A stretch of 64,000 bases of DNA from Pseudomonadota bacterium (GTDB lineage: Bacteria > Desulfobacterota > Desulfobulbia > Desulfobulbales > CALZHT01): assembly GCA_018823135.1 (NCBI GenBank), contig JAHJJF010000126.1, positions 14,302-78,301 of the forward strand. Direction: 5' to 3'. Position 1 is the stretch's first letter. Each line of letters opens with the position of its first letter. This document shows positions 1-9,433 of the stretch, in pieces. Made by a program: the position numbers and the translations under genes. Under the pieces are notes generated by a model, which made no database searches, was not told the DNA's origin, and saw only the letters and a program-made list of their open reading frames with translations.

Positions 1-977
1 CAGAGGCCCCGCAATAGAGCCAGAGGCCGAGGCCGAACATGATGATGCCGACATTCTCGATAGTGGAATAAGCCAGTGACTTCTTGAAGTCGGTCTGCTG
101 GATGGCCATGGCAATTCCGTAAAGGCTGCCGGTTATGCCAATACCGGCAACCACCAGACCGCACCAGGGGGGCAGGACCGGAAGAAAGGTGAAAAACCGC
201 AGAAATCCATACAGCGCGCATTTGATCATCACTCCGGACATGAGCGCTGATATATGACTGGGTGCAGCGGTGTGGGCTTCAGGTAACCAGCAGTGGAGCG
301 GGAACATGCCGGCCTTGGTGCCGAAGCCGATGAGCAGACAGAAAAAAATGGTTATCGCGCCAGACGTGGACAGGACTCCCAGCACTGTGAAGGAAGCGAA
401 GTCAAAAGTTCCGGCAAGGTTGTACTCAACAAGAAAGAAGCCGAAAATAAAGGCTGTTCCGAGATGGGTGGCGCTCAGATAAATCCATCCGGCCCGGCGC
501 GCCTGTTCGCTGTCGAGGTCGAAGACTACCAAAAAGAAGGAGGACAGCGACATCAATTCCCAGGCCACAAGAAAAACAAAACTGTCGGCAGCGGTGACCA
601 CCAGGGCCATGCTGAGGGCCAACAGATTGAACAGGAACCAGTGGCGGACCGTGACGAAACGGCTTTTTTCAAAGTCCAGAGACTGGAAGGCATACAACGC
701 GCTACAGAAAACGAGCAAAAACACGGGCATCAGGAAAAATACGGCGAGACCGTCGAGGGCGATGGACGGATTGATGACGCAATCCGTCTGCAGCAATTGA
801 AAACGCTCTGCCGGGCCGCCGGAGAGAACAATAATCGCAGCGATCATGCCGGCCACTGCGCCTAGCATGGCGCAGCTTGTGCCTAGCAGGTGAGAGGCCT
901 TGCCGGCTAAACAGAAGGCAATGGGCAGCAACGCTCCCCCCAGAAAGACAATTAATGCTCCGAGAAACAGTTTCATA
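1..977 (-). CDS. Proton-conducting antiporter-like membrane subunit (NuoL/HyfB/MrpD family), N-terminal part; the gene runs off the left edge
   Basis: Manual reverse translation from the ATG at 977 gives MKLFLGALIVFLGG...WELMSLSSFFLV...GTKAGMFPLHCWLPEAHTAAPSHISALMSGVMIK...LAYSTIENVG, which are typical complex-I antiporter-like motifs. The frame stays open to position 1. It is absent from the ORF track because it is edge-truncated. Confidence 0.8.
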
Positions 978-1011
978 ACAGGGATGGCGATCATGCCGGG
1001 GAAAATCTCTG

Positions 1012-1749
1012 TCACTTCAGAGCGACCTCGTCATGATCAAAAGGCAGGGAGGTTTCCCGAAGCTCTGCCTTCAATTTTCCTGGGGGCAGGAGGGTTTCCT
1101 CCCGTTCCTGGAGATATTGCAGCAGTTCCTTGCGGGGAAGCTGTTTCCGTATTTCGACGCTTACTGCCGGTTCAAGCAGGAGGCGGCGTAAGCGGGTTTC
1201 GAGGATAGCCTGCTCGCTGGCATTGGCAGCAAGAACCAGAATAATGACCTCTGCCGGTAAACCGTCAAGGGCCTTGAAGTCAGTTGGATCTTCGAGAAAA
1301 CCAAAGATAATGAGCGATCGATCGAGAAACACGGGATGATCTGAGCTCGGCGCCATGCAAGCGATCCCGGCAAGGGATGAGGGCGCCAGGGCTTCCCGTG
1401 CGAGAATGGAATATTTGAAGTTTTTGGGATTGAACTCACCTGTCCGGGGAATGGTGAGCAGCAGCTCGTCCAGAGCTTCGTCCCGGTTGCAACCCTGAAT
1501 CCGGTACATTACCGAACCGTTTTGCAAGGCTTTGGCAATGGTGATAGTGTAGTCGATGCTGTCAATGGTTCCGCCGTCTACGGAACGTGGAGAAGTCCAC
1601 TTTTCCACGTTGTCGGCCCGGAACCGCCATTGGCCGCCGATCTTTACCGCAAAAGGGATCTGGTTGTCATTGAGCATGCGATAGACAGTTTTATCCGAAA
1701 CGCCTATTTTTAGGGCAAACTCCTTAACGCTGATGAATAGTCTGTTCAT
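1012..1749 (-). CDS. DNA-binding protein: N-terminal excisionase/MerR-type HTH fused to a PTS EIIA(type 2)-like regulatory domain
   Basis: The N-terminus ISVKEFALKIGVSDKTVYRMLNDNQIPFAVKIGGQWRF is the excisionase-type HTH pattern. The C-terminal half has the EIIA-2-like layout (GIACMAP...LIIFGFLEDPTDF...VIILVLAAN). Confidence 0.6.
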   Translation of the reverse strand: MNRLFISVKEFALKIGVSDKTVYRMLNDNQIPFAVKIGGQWRFRADNVEKWTSPRSVDGGTIDSIDYTITIAKALQNGSVMYRIQGCNRDEALDELLLTIPRTGEFNPKNFKYSILAREALAPSSLAGIACMAPSSDHPVFLDRSLIIFGFLEDPTDFKALDGLPAEVIILVLAANASEQAILETRLRRLLLEPAVSVEIRKQLPRKELLQYLQEREETLLPPGKLKAELRETSLPFDHDEVALK

Positions 1750-1931
1750 GTTTGTCTACTCATGTCTAATTTTGTCCACACACGGGAACTATTATTAGAA
1801 CCAGTTTGATTAATTGTCAAGTCTAAAGAAGTTGTGGAGGAAACAGGATCCCAAAGAACTGACGGAGAGAAGATGGTTTTGCGGATAAAAAAAAGCACCT
1901 AACTCAATATGAGCTAAGTGCTTGATATTAT

Positions 1932-2008
<77 letters not shown>

Positions 2009-2447
2009 ATATATTTAGAATACACATTAATAAGCAGTTGTAAACAACCGTAATCCGCCAGTGCCGGATTCTTCAATATGCCTGACCGGGAAAAAAAACC
2101 TTTACTGTTCCAATAATTTCAACAGGCTAAACGATTAAATCATAAAAACCGAGTTGTCACCCTCTCTGCACGAGAGGGTAGAGACTTCGATGTTTCGCAC
2201 AGAAGGCCTGAAATAGAAACGGTTCTTTATCATTTAACAGATGATTTTGCAACCCCAATCAATTCTTCTTATTACTATTCAAGTGCATGCAAAATCTTAA
2301 ATAAGCTTTCAAATAGAACTGTTCAGCAACGCCCAGGACTTGTTCGAAGAGAGCCTTCATCTATACATCGGTCCACTGGTTGCTCTGGTCGTGCAGGTAA
2401 ACGGCGAGTAGTGGAGAACCCGAAGCTTGAATGCTGCCCATAATTTA

Positions 2448-4775
2448 TTACTTCCTTTTAACCTCTTTCCACATCGTACCCTTTTCCGTGTCAATTACAT
2501 TGATGCCCTGTTTGTTGAGTTCCTCGCGAACACCGTCGGCCTTTTCCCAATCTTTTTCCTTTCTCGCCTCTTCCCTTTCCTTGATGAGTTTATCGATCTC
2601 AGGAGTAAGTGGACAGAAATCGAGCCTTAATATATTGACGATGCTGTTTATTTTTTTGAGAGATTCGAGGAAATACCCCTTTTGATCACGGTCCAGCTGC
2701 CCTTCACTCAAAATTGAATTAGCCTTTTTAATACAATCAAAAACCGCAGCCATCGCCTTTGATATATTAAGATCATCATCAAGGGCTTGAAAAAACTTCT
2801 CTTCCATCTCAGTGAGATACGTTGCCACATGGGGATGAGGCAATCCCTGGGGCAGACAAAGAAGCTTTTGGGTGAATTCATCAAGGCGTTTGAGAATTTT
2901 TCGCGCATTATCAAGCCGTTTATAGGAAAAAAGAATCGGCTTTCTGTAATGAGTTTGAAGCAATAGCAGTCGGACCTCACGCGCAGAATAACCCTTATTA
3001 ATAACATCGGCCAGGGTAACAAAATTGTCCTGAGTCTTGGACATCTTTTTGCCGTCAACCAGGACCAGCTCGCTGTGCATCCAGTAGTTGGCAAGCTTCT
3101 TGCCGGTGAGCGCTTCGGAAATTGCTATCTCGTTTTCATGGTGCGGAAAGATAAGATCACGGCAGCTGGTATGGATATCAATTGTTTCTCCAAGATAATG
3201 ATGCACCATTGCCGCGCATTCAATATGCCAACCCGGTCTGACATTGCCCCATTCAGTCTCGTAGAATATGCCTTTTTTGAGCTCGGTGAGTGTTGAACGT
3301 TTCAAAAGAGTAAAATCAACCGGGCTGTCCTTCTCATAATTATCAAGATCAACGGTCTTGCCGAATTGAATCTTGCTCAAATCTACTCCGGAAAGTTTAC
3401 CGTAATTATTGAATTTAGAAATATCAAAATAGATGGAGCCATGCTTTTCATATGCAAAGCCTTTACCTATGAGTTGTTTGGAAATGTCAATCATGCCGTC
3501 GACATGTTTCGAAGCCTGGGGATAATGGGTGGCCTTTTTAACACCCAACAAGTCAATATCATTCTTGAATTGCTGAATAAATGAGCCGGTGAAATCTTTA
3601 AGTGATTCCCCGCTATTATCCGCACCATGAATGGTGTTGTCATCGAGGTCGGTAAAATTCATGCAGTACTGAACATCATAGCCTTTATTCGTAAGAACCC
3701 GGTTGATCAGATCAGAGAGGATGAATCGACGGCAATGCCCGAGATTTGCATTTTCATGAGCAGTGGGACCGCAGGCATAGAAGGTAACTTTACCCTCAAA
3801 AATCGGTTTAAAAACTTCCTTTTTCTTTGATAACGTGTTGTAAAATCGTAACAGGGATTTTTTTTCCTTCGGGCTCTCTTCCTTGGAAAACAGTGAGGTG
3901 CTGAGATACTTTTCACCACCGTCTGGAAAAATCACCACGAGCAAGCCTTCCTTGATCTGCTCGGCCCGGGTCAAAGCGGCACAGAACGCCGCCCCGGAAC
4001 TCATTCCAACAAAGATCCCTTCCTTTCTGGCTAGGAGTCTTGCCTTATCAAAGGCCTCTTCATCCGGAATATTAATGATCTGATACGGTAATTTTTTATC
4101 AAAAATACCTGGCGTATAGGATTCCTTCATGTTCTTGAGCCCCTGGATCTTATGGGCATAAAAAGGCTCCATGGCGGTAATTCTTACTTCCGGGTGATGT
4201 TCCTGAAAATACTTACAAAGCCCCATTGCAGTGCCGGTGGTGCCAAGGGTCGTAACAATATCGGTTACCTCGCCGTTGGTCTGTTCCCAGATTTCAGGAC
4301 CGGTATTGGTGTAATGGGATTTCCAGTTTGCTTCATTATTGAACTGATCAGTAAGAAAATATCGGTCCGGATGTTCGCGGGCCATGGCATAGGCCTGTTC
4401 TATGGCACCGTCAGTACTTTTCTTTGCGGGGGTTAGCAGGATATCCGCGCCGAAGGCAACCATTATCTTCCGGCGTTCAATACTTGCTGATTCCGGCATA
4501 ACGAGCTGACAGCGATATCCTTTGACTGCACAGACCATGGCGAGGCCGATGCCGGTATTACCGCTGGTTGCTTCTAAGACGATTTTATCAGGGGTAAGTA
4601 AACCCTTCTGTTCAGCATCATTAATCATGAACAGGGCAATCCTGTCTTTGACCGATCCCCCGGGATTAAACGATTCAAGCTTGGCAAAAATCTTAACTTT
4701 TGGATATGGATTAAGCCTGTTTATGGGAACTATCGGAGTATTTCCGATCCGATCAAGAATACTTGTAAATGCCAT
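2448..4775 (-). CDS. Fusion protein: PLP-dependent cysteine synthase (CysK/CysM-like, aa 1-296) plus full-length class I cysteinyl-tRNA synthetase-like module (aa 308-775)
   Basis: The N-terminal half has NPGGSVKDR (PLP lysine), SGNTGIGLA and GTTGT. The C-terminal half aligns by eye to CysRS: FYNTLSKKKEVFKP, YACGPT, WHIECAAM, FPHHENEIA, KMSKT. The HIGH position reads NLGH (nt 3735-3746). Confidence 0.85.
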   Translation of the reverse strand: MAFTSILDRIGNTPIVPINRLNPYPKVKIFAKLESFNPGGSVKDRIALFMINDAEQKGLLTPDKIVLEATSGNTGIGLAMVCAVKGYRCQLVMPESASIERRKIMVAFGADILLTPAKKSTDGAIEQAYAMAREHPDRYFLTDQFNNEANWKSHYTNTGPEIWEQTNGEVTDIVTTLGTTGTAMGLCKYFQEHHPEVRITAMEPFYAHKIQGLKNMKESYTPGIFDKKLPYQIINIPDEEAFDKARLLARKEGIFVGMSSGAAFCAALTRAEQIKEGLLVVIFPDGGEKYLSTSLFSKEESPKEKKSLLRFYNTLSKKKEVFKPIFEGKVTFYACGPTAHENANLGHCRRFILSDLINRVLTNKGYDVQYCMNFTDLDDNTIHGADNSGESLKDFTGSFIQQFKNDIDLLGVKKATHYPQASKHVDGMIDISKQLIGKGFAYEKHGSIYFDISKFNNYGKLSGVDLSKIQFGKTVDLDNYEKDSPVDFTLLKRSTLTELKKGIFYETEWGNVRPGWHIECAAMVHHYLGETIDIHTSCRDLIFPHHENEIAISEALTGKKLANYWMHSELVLVDGKKMSKTQDNFVTLADVINKGYSAREVRLLLLQTHYRKPILFSYKRLDNARKILKRLDEFTQKLLCLPQGLPHPHVATYLTEMEEKFFQALDDDLNISKAMAAVFDCIKKANSILSEGQLDRDQKGYFLESLKKINSIVNILRLDFCPLTPEIDKLIKEREEARKEKDWEKADGVREELNKQGINVIDTEKGTMWKEVKRK

Positions 4776-5240
4776 TCTATAGCCTTTGATAAATGAAGTT
4801 CAGCAGTTATTGATGGCGTCGCAAAAAGTAGCTAATGCATCGCGTCATGTTCACGAAATGCTCAACAGACCATACATGATATGTGTATGCATCTGCTTTC
4901 GCGACGACTCGACTCCTCGGAGTCTGCGCTTTCATGCATATCAACTTTTCGAAGTCTACGCAATCTACTAAGCCATCCTAAAACGATACGATGGACTTTT
5001 CAGGAGTCCAGCTGTTACTGATATTTTGTTACGAGTCTATTAATCAACCACGTTCAAGGCAAGTAACCCAAGATGGGAGACGAATACGATTCGTCCGAAA
5101 AAATATATACCAAGACGCCGAGCAACAGGCAATGCAATCAATGTCATATCCAAAAATGACGGATTAAAGATTACTTATCCGCAAGAAGCCGATGGAAATT
5201 TTAAAATAGCCGCACTTCGTTGAAATTTAAACAAAAAAAA

Positions 5241-5276
5241 GCAAGTTCCCGCTACAACGAGAACTTGCTTTTTTAT
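5241..5276. terminator. Bidirectional rho-independent terminator downstream of dsrP
   Basis: The stem GCAAGTTC (5241-5248) pairs with GAACTTGC (5261-5268). It is flanked by an A-run upstream and a T-run downstream. Confidence 0.7.
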
Positions 5277-5301
5277 AACAAACTTTTTTAAAACCTGGTG
5301 T

Positions 5302-6471
5302 TTATGATTCCTTCGCAAGCTTGACGCTTATCGCAACCTTATAAAGTATGGTGAGAATAAGGAACCCTGATGCCCACACACCCATTGTGATTGCGATTTC
5401 ACCAAAGGATGGGTAATACTCGGTAACATAATCCAACGGACTGGGGACAAAACCGCCGAGCACAAAACCCAAACCTTTGTCGATCCACAGAGAGAAAAAC
5501 ATGAGAAGACAGGCGATCATAATGGTTTTTTCATTTTTTCTTGTCTGAGGTGTAAAGAACAGCGCAAGGGAGGCAAAACCCATGATTACCGAAATCCACA
5601 TGAATTTGACAAGGTTATTATACATATGACCGTCATGCTCAAGGCCAAAGAAAAGATATTGCAGGGTATGTTTATGTCCTGGGATATTGCTGTAATATCC
5701 GACAAAAAATTCCAGGCCGACAAAAAAGAAATTCAGTAGAGCAGCATAACTGATAATGGTAATCAATTTCTGTGTGGCGGTCTCTCCAACATCGAATTTG
5801 CTAACCCTCTTCAAAATCAGAGCAATCAACAGAAGTAAAGATGGTCCTGCAGCAAAAGCTGAGGCGAGAAATCGAGGTGCGATAATCGCTGAAAGCCAAA
5901 AATGACGGCCACCAAGACCACAATAGAGCATTGCTGTTACTGTATGGATACTGATCGCCCAGGGAATTGAAAGATAGATAAAAGGCTTGAGCCATTTAGG
6001 CGGCGGCACTTCTTTAGCCTCGGAATTCAAAACTACCCATCCCACCAGGACATTCAGGAACAAATAGCCGTTAAGCACTATCATATCCCAGAAAAGCATG
6101 GAGTTCGGTGTCGGGTGCAAGAGAACATTCAAAGCGCGAGTCGGTTGACCTAAGTCGGCCATAATAAACATCAGACACATGGCAATGGCAGCAATTGCCA
6201 TAAATTCACCGAGAATGGTAATCCTGCCGAACGCCTTATAATTATGGACATAATAGGGGAGCACCAGCATGACACCCCCGGCGGCAACGCCGACAAGAAA
6301 GGTAAACTGAGAAATATAGATTCCCCAGGACACATCCCTGCTCATCCCTGTATATCCAAGACCATAGTTAAACTGTTGGACATAACATAATGCGCCGACT
6401 CCTATGATAGAGAGGAGAAAGATCATCCATGTCCAGTATCCTTGATTTCCCTTGAGTGCCTTTTCAATCAT
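5302..6471 (-). CDS. dsrP: DsrP, NrfD/PsrC-family integral membrane quinone-interacting subunit
   Basis: A polytopic membrane protein of NrfD length and character. It is the last gene of the M-K-J-O-P order. Confidence 0.8.
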   Translation of the reverse strand: MIEKALKGNQGYWTWMIFLLSIIGVGALCYVQQFNYGLGYTGMSRDVSWGIYISQFTFLVGVAAGGVMLVLPYYVHNYKAFGRITILGEFMAIAAIAMCLMFIMADLGQPTRALNVLLHPTPNSMLFWDMIVLNGYLFLNVLVGWVVLNSEAKEVPPPKWLKPFIYLSIPWAISIHTVTAMLYCGLGGRHFWLSAIIAPRFLASAFAAGPSLLLLIALILKRVSKFDVGETATQKLITIISYAALLNFFFVGLEFFVGYYSNIPGHKHTLQYLFFGLEHDGHMYNNLVKFMWISVIMGFASLALFFTPQTRKNEKTIMIACLLMFFSLWIDKGLGFVLGGFVPSPLDYVTEYYPSFGEIAITMGVWASGFLILTILYKVAISVKLAKES

Positions 6472-6482
6472 GACTTTTCACC

Positions 6483-7331
6483 TTATATGATGTAAAAAAC
6501 TGAAGGTAGGGTTCCCAGAGCTGGTTTACGTTGAATTGTAAATTTTGTCTTTAGGACCTTAGATATTTCCGAATGAGGATCATTCATATCACCGAAGTAC
6601 ATGGCTTGTGCACTGGCGGCAATCTCCACACATTTGGGCGGGAGATTCTCCGCAAGTCTTTCGGCGCAGAAATTACATTTTTCAACAACACCGCGCATAC
6701 GAGTTGGAAATTTTTCATTAAGATCTTTTATAAATTTCAATTTGCCATTTGCATCTTTCTCGCGGGGACTCCGCCAGTTAAAACTTCTCGCCCCGTATGG
6801 GCAGGCAGCCATGCAGAATCGGCAACCGATGCATCGATGGAAATCCATGATTACAGCACCGTTGGCAGCCTTGAATGTCGCCTTGGTCGGGCAGGCCCGG
6901 ACACATGGGGGATCATCACAATGGTTGCAGACTGCAAGAAACGGCAGTTGATGGAGTTCTTCATTCTTTTTATAATGGCTGTGATCCGGAAAGAGGTTTT
7001 CAAATTTTTCAATCCAGAGCCACTTGATTTCATCTTTGGGGTTGCCAAAATCAGGGACGTTATGAATCTGATGGCAGGCTGCTACACATTTTTCAGCCAA
7101 ACCTTTGTTTTCAGCAAACTTCTTGACATCAATCGCCAGTCCCAGGCGGACGCCGGTTGGTTTTTCCGCAGGCATCTCGCCGTGTGCATCACTAGGTGAA
7201 TCACTGTGGCCGGCAGAAGAGGAAGCCTGAACATTGCCTTTCATTAATAAATTTAATGCCGATGGCGCTGCAACACCCGCAATCGCGGACATCCCGGCGA
7301 TCTTCAATAAATTTCTACGCTTCATATCCAT
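6483..7331 (-). CDS. dsrO: DsrO, periplasmic Tat-exported 4Fe-4S ferredoxin-like subunit
   Basis: Twin-arginine signal MDMKRRNLLKIAGMSAIAG. Ferredoxin Cys clusters are present (CIGCRFCMAACP, CNHCDDPPC, CNFC). The start at 7331 overlaps the dsrJ TAA as TAATG, so the longer ORF-track start at 7400 is rejected. Confidence 0.8.
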   Translation of the reverse strand: MDMKRRNLLKIAGMSAIAGVAAPSALNLLMKGNVQASSSAGHSDSPSDAHGEMPAEKPTGVRLGLAIDVKKFAENKGLAEKCVAACHQIHNVPDFGNPKDEIKWLWIEKFENLFPDHSHYKKNEELHQLPFLAVCNHCDDPPCVRACPTKATFKAANGAVIMDFHRCIGCRFCMAACPYGARSFNWRSPREKDANGKLKFIKDLNEKFPTRMRGVVEKCNFCAERLAENLPPKCVEIAASAQAMYFGDMNDPHSEISKVLKTKFTIQRKPALGTLPSVFYII

Positions 7332-7708
7332 TACAGTGTCTCCTTGGGTAGGAAGTGGCAATCCCAACAATAGGGTTTGACAGATGCATATAGATGGCAT
7401 TGATCACAAAACTTCTCTTTGCTGGTATGGCAGACCATACAACCGTTCATCAGGCTTCTATCGTATGTTTTATTGCCGACTTTTAACTTTTCTCGATTAC
7501 CCTCGCGAAGAACATTATCGCGCCATTCGTTAAGCAGAACCATATGCGTAGTACGCATATACTGGGTGTCTTTGACACATTCCTTAACATCTTTAGGCTT
7601 TTCAACATTCGGGATGGCACCTGCATCGCCATGGTTGTACCAGATAGGAAATGTCATAAGGCCAGCAAAAATAATCAATCCGACTATTATTTTTCCACCG
7701 TCATACAT
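7331..7708 (-). CDS. dsrJ: DsrJ, membrane-anchored triheme cytochrome c
   Basis: Three CXXCH motifs (CMVCH, CDQCH, CWDCH) and one N-terminal TM helix. The start MYDGGKII at 7708 is preceded by GGAAGGG and follows the dsrK stop. Confidence 0.8.
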   Translation of the reverse strand: MYDGGKIIVGLIIFAGLMTFPIWYNHGDAGAIPNVEKPKDVKECVKDTQYMRTTHMVLLNEWRDNVLREGNREKLKVGNKTYDRSLMNGCMVCHTSKEKFCDQCHLYASVKPYCWDCHFLPKETL

Positions 7709-7712
7709 AATA

Positions 7713-9365
7713 TCACCCTTCCATTCCTGCAAGCGGAGCAAATCGAAGATCCTGATCGCGCTCTTTTTCACCATCCATTATCAGAGAATTTCCGACCAGT
7801 TCGGAAACGCCGCACACGCCAACATTTGGATTCCAGTATTCCATCAAAGCAAGCAGGGTAGCGCGATCAATAGCGCAGACACAGGAAAGCATGTTGACAC
7901 CGTATTTCTCTTCAACATATTTCACAGCATTTGCCCTAGGCAACCCGCCGCGCATCCTAAGTTCCATAATCTCACCGGTATTCAAGCCCGTGCCGCTGCC
8001 GCAGCAGAACGTCTGCTCACGAATGGCATTTTCCGGCATATCATGAAAATTATTGCAGACATTATTCAAAATATAGCGAGGTTCATCCAGCATCCCCATT
8101 CCCCGGGAAGGATTACATGAATCATGGAAAGTAACAACTCTATGGTCATTCCTGCTCTTATCTATCTTCAGTTTATTATGATAGATAAGGTCAGCAGTGA
8201 ATTCGCTGATATGAACCATTTTCAGGGCCGCGGCGTTATCAAAACGAGTACCGGTAATCGGCGATACGGGAATTTCCATGAAATCCCCCGGTTCATTCAT
8301 TGTCGCCATATATTGATGGACAACCCGCCACATATGGCCGCATTCACCGCCGAGGATCCACTTGACCCCCAGTCGTTTGGCCTCGGCGTACATCTTTCCG
8401 TTAAGCTTCTTCATCAATTCATTATTGGTAAACGATCCGAAGTTTCCGCCCTCTGATGAATAGGTGCTTATCGTATAGTCAAGCCCGATATGATCAAAAA
8501 TCAGCAGATAGCCCATAAAGGTAAATATGCCAGGATCGGCAAAAACATCTGCTGAAGGAATGACAAAAAGCACTTCAGCGCCTTTGCGATTGAAGGTCAA
8601 ACTGTTCAAGTGGATACCGGTTACTTCTTCGATATCATCGAGCAGAAATTCAGCATTTTCCTTGAAGGTATGGGGCTGAAGCCCGAGATGATTGCCGGTG
8701 CGGTTGGAATTTGCCGCAGGCTCAAGTATCCAGTTGGTGCCGACTCCGACCAGGTGGAGAAGTTCACGGGCCATCATGGTTATTTCTGCAGTGTCAATAC
8801 CATATGGACAGAAGACCGAGCATCTCCGACATTCAGTACACTGGTAAAAATACATGAACCATTCCTTCAGAACTCCAAAGGTCATTGGTCGCGCCCCGGC
8901 GAGTTTGCCAAGTATTTTTCCAGCCTTGGTGAAATCGTTTCTATAAACGGAACGCAGAAGTTCGGCTCTTAGAACCGGCATATTCTTCGGATCGCCGGTA
9001 CCCAGGAAGAAATGGCATTTATCTGCACAGGCGCCGCAACGAACACAGCAATCCATGAAGATTTTAAAGGAACGGAATTTATCAAGACGTTCCCTGATGC
9101 CGTTGATGATTATTTCCTTCCAGTTTTCCGGCAGTTTCCAGTCATCGCTTTCAACGTCCCATTCTCTGGGCTCGCCGAAAAGACCCGGTAAGCTTTTATT
9201 GTGGTACGCGACCATGCTGGCTTTTGCTGGATAACAATAATTCCCGGGCTTGAAAATTGCCGGAACATCCATCCAGTCTCTGGTCGGGATGGCTCCCGTC
9301 ATCAGAGAAGGATCTCTAGCAACCATAACACCTAATTCATCTGCTTTCGGCTGTGCCATTTTCAT
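7713..9365 (-). CDS. dsrK: DsrK, HdrD-like catalytic iron-sulfur subunit
   Basis: Contains CVRCGACADKC and CTECRRCSVFCP ferredoxin motifs and the CCG-domain signature FCCGSGTG. Confidence 0.85.
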   Translation of the reverse strand: MKMAQPKADELGVMVARDPSLMTGAIPTRDWMDVPAIFKPGNYCYPAKASMVAYHNKSLPGLFGEPREWDVESDDWKLPENWKEIIINGIRERLDKFRSFKIFMDCCVRCGACADKCHFFLGTGDPKNMPVLRAELLRSVYRNDFTKAGKILGKLAGARPMTFGVLKEWFMYFYQCTECRRCSVFCPYGIDTAEITMMARELLHLVGVGTNWILEPAANSNRTGNHLGLQPHTFKENAEFLLDDIEEVTGIHLNSLTFNRKGAEVLFVIPSADVFADPGIFTFMGYLLIFDHIGLDYTISTYSSEGGNFGSFTNNELMKKLNGKMYAEAKRLGVKWILGGECGHMWRVVHQYMATMNEPGDFMEIPVSPITGTRFDNAAALKMVHISEFTADLIYHNKLKIDKSRNDHRVVTFHDSCNPSRGMGMLDEPRYILNNVCNNFHDMPENAIREQTFCCGSGTGLNTGEIMELRMRGGLPRANAVKYVEEKYGVNMLSCVCAIDRATLLALMEYWNPNVGVCGVSELVGNSLIMDGEKERDQDLRFAPLAGMEG

Positions 9366-9433
9366 TCTTCCTTATAAGCTGATGTTTCTTGCTTGTGACA
9401 GCTCTAAATTTCTCCGGAGCTGGTATTTCCCTA

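Noticed and set aside
293-865. 190-aa plus-strand ORF, with overlapping 270-482 and 594-800 ORFs
   Set aside because: It is antisense to a strongly motif-supported antiporter-like gene (1-977, minus) that is missing from the track only because it is edge-truncated. Its composition is charged and low-complexity.
6573-7199. 208-aa plus-strand ORF inside dsrO
   Set aside because: Shadow ORF opposite a gene with clear Tat signal and ferredoxin motifs. The same reasoning applies to 7419-8120 and 8124-8456 (opposite dsrJ/dsrK), 12024-12539, 14176-14994, 18640-19455, 19884-20633, 33819-34331, 35946-36479, 58926-59564 and 61819-62358.
7332-7400. N-terminal extension of dsrO, and likewise of dsrJ (7709-7774)
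   Set aside because: The extensions overlap the upstream genes and lack signal-peptide logic. The internal starts give a proper Tat signal (dsrO) or a Shine-Dalgarno-preceded TM anchor (dsrJ).
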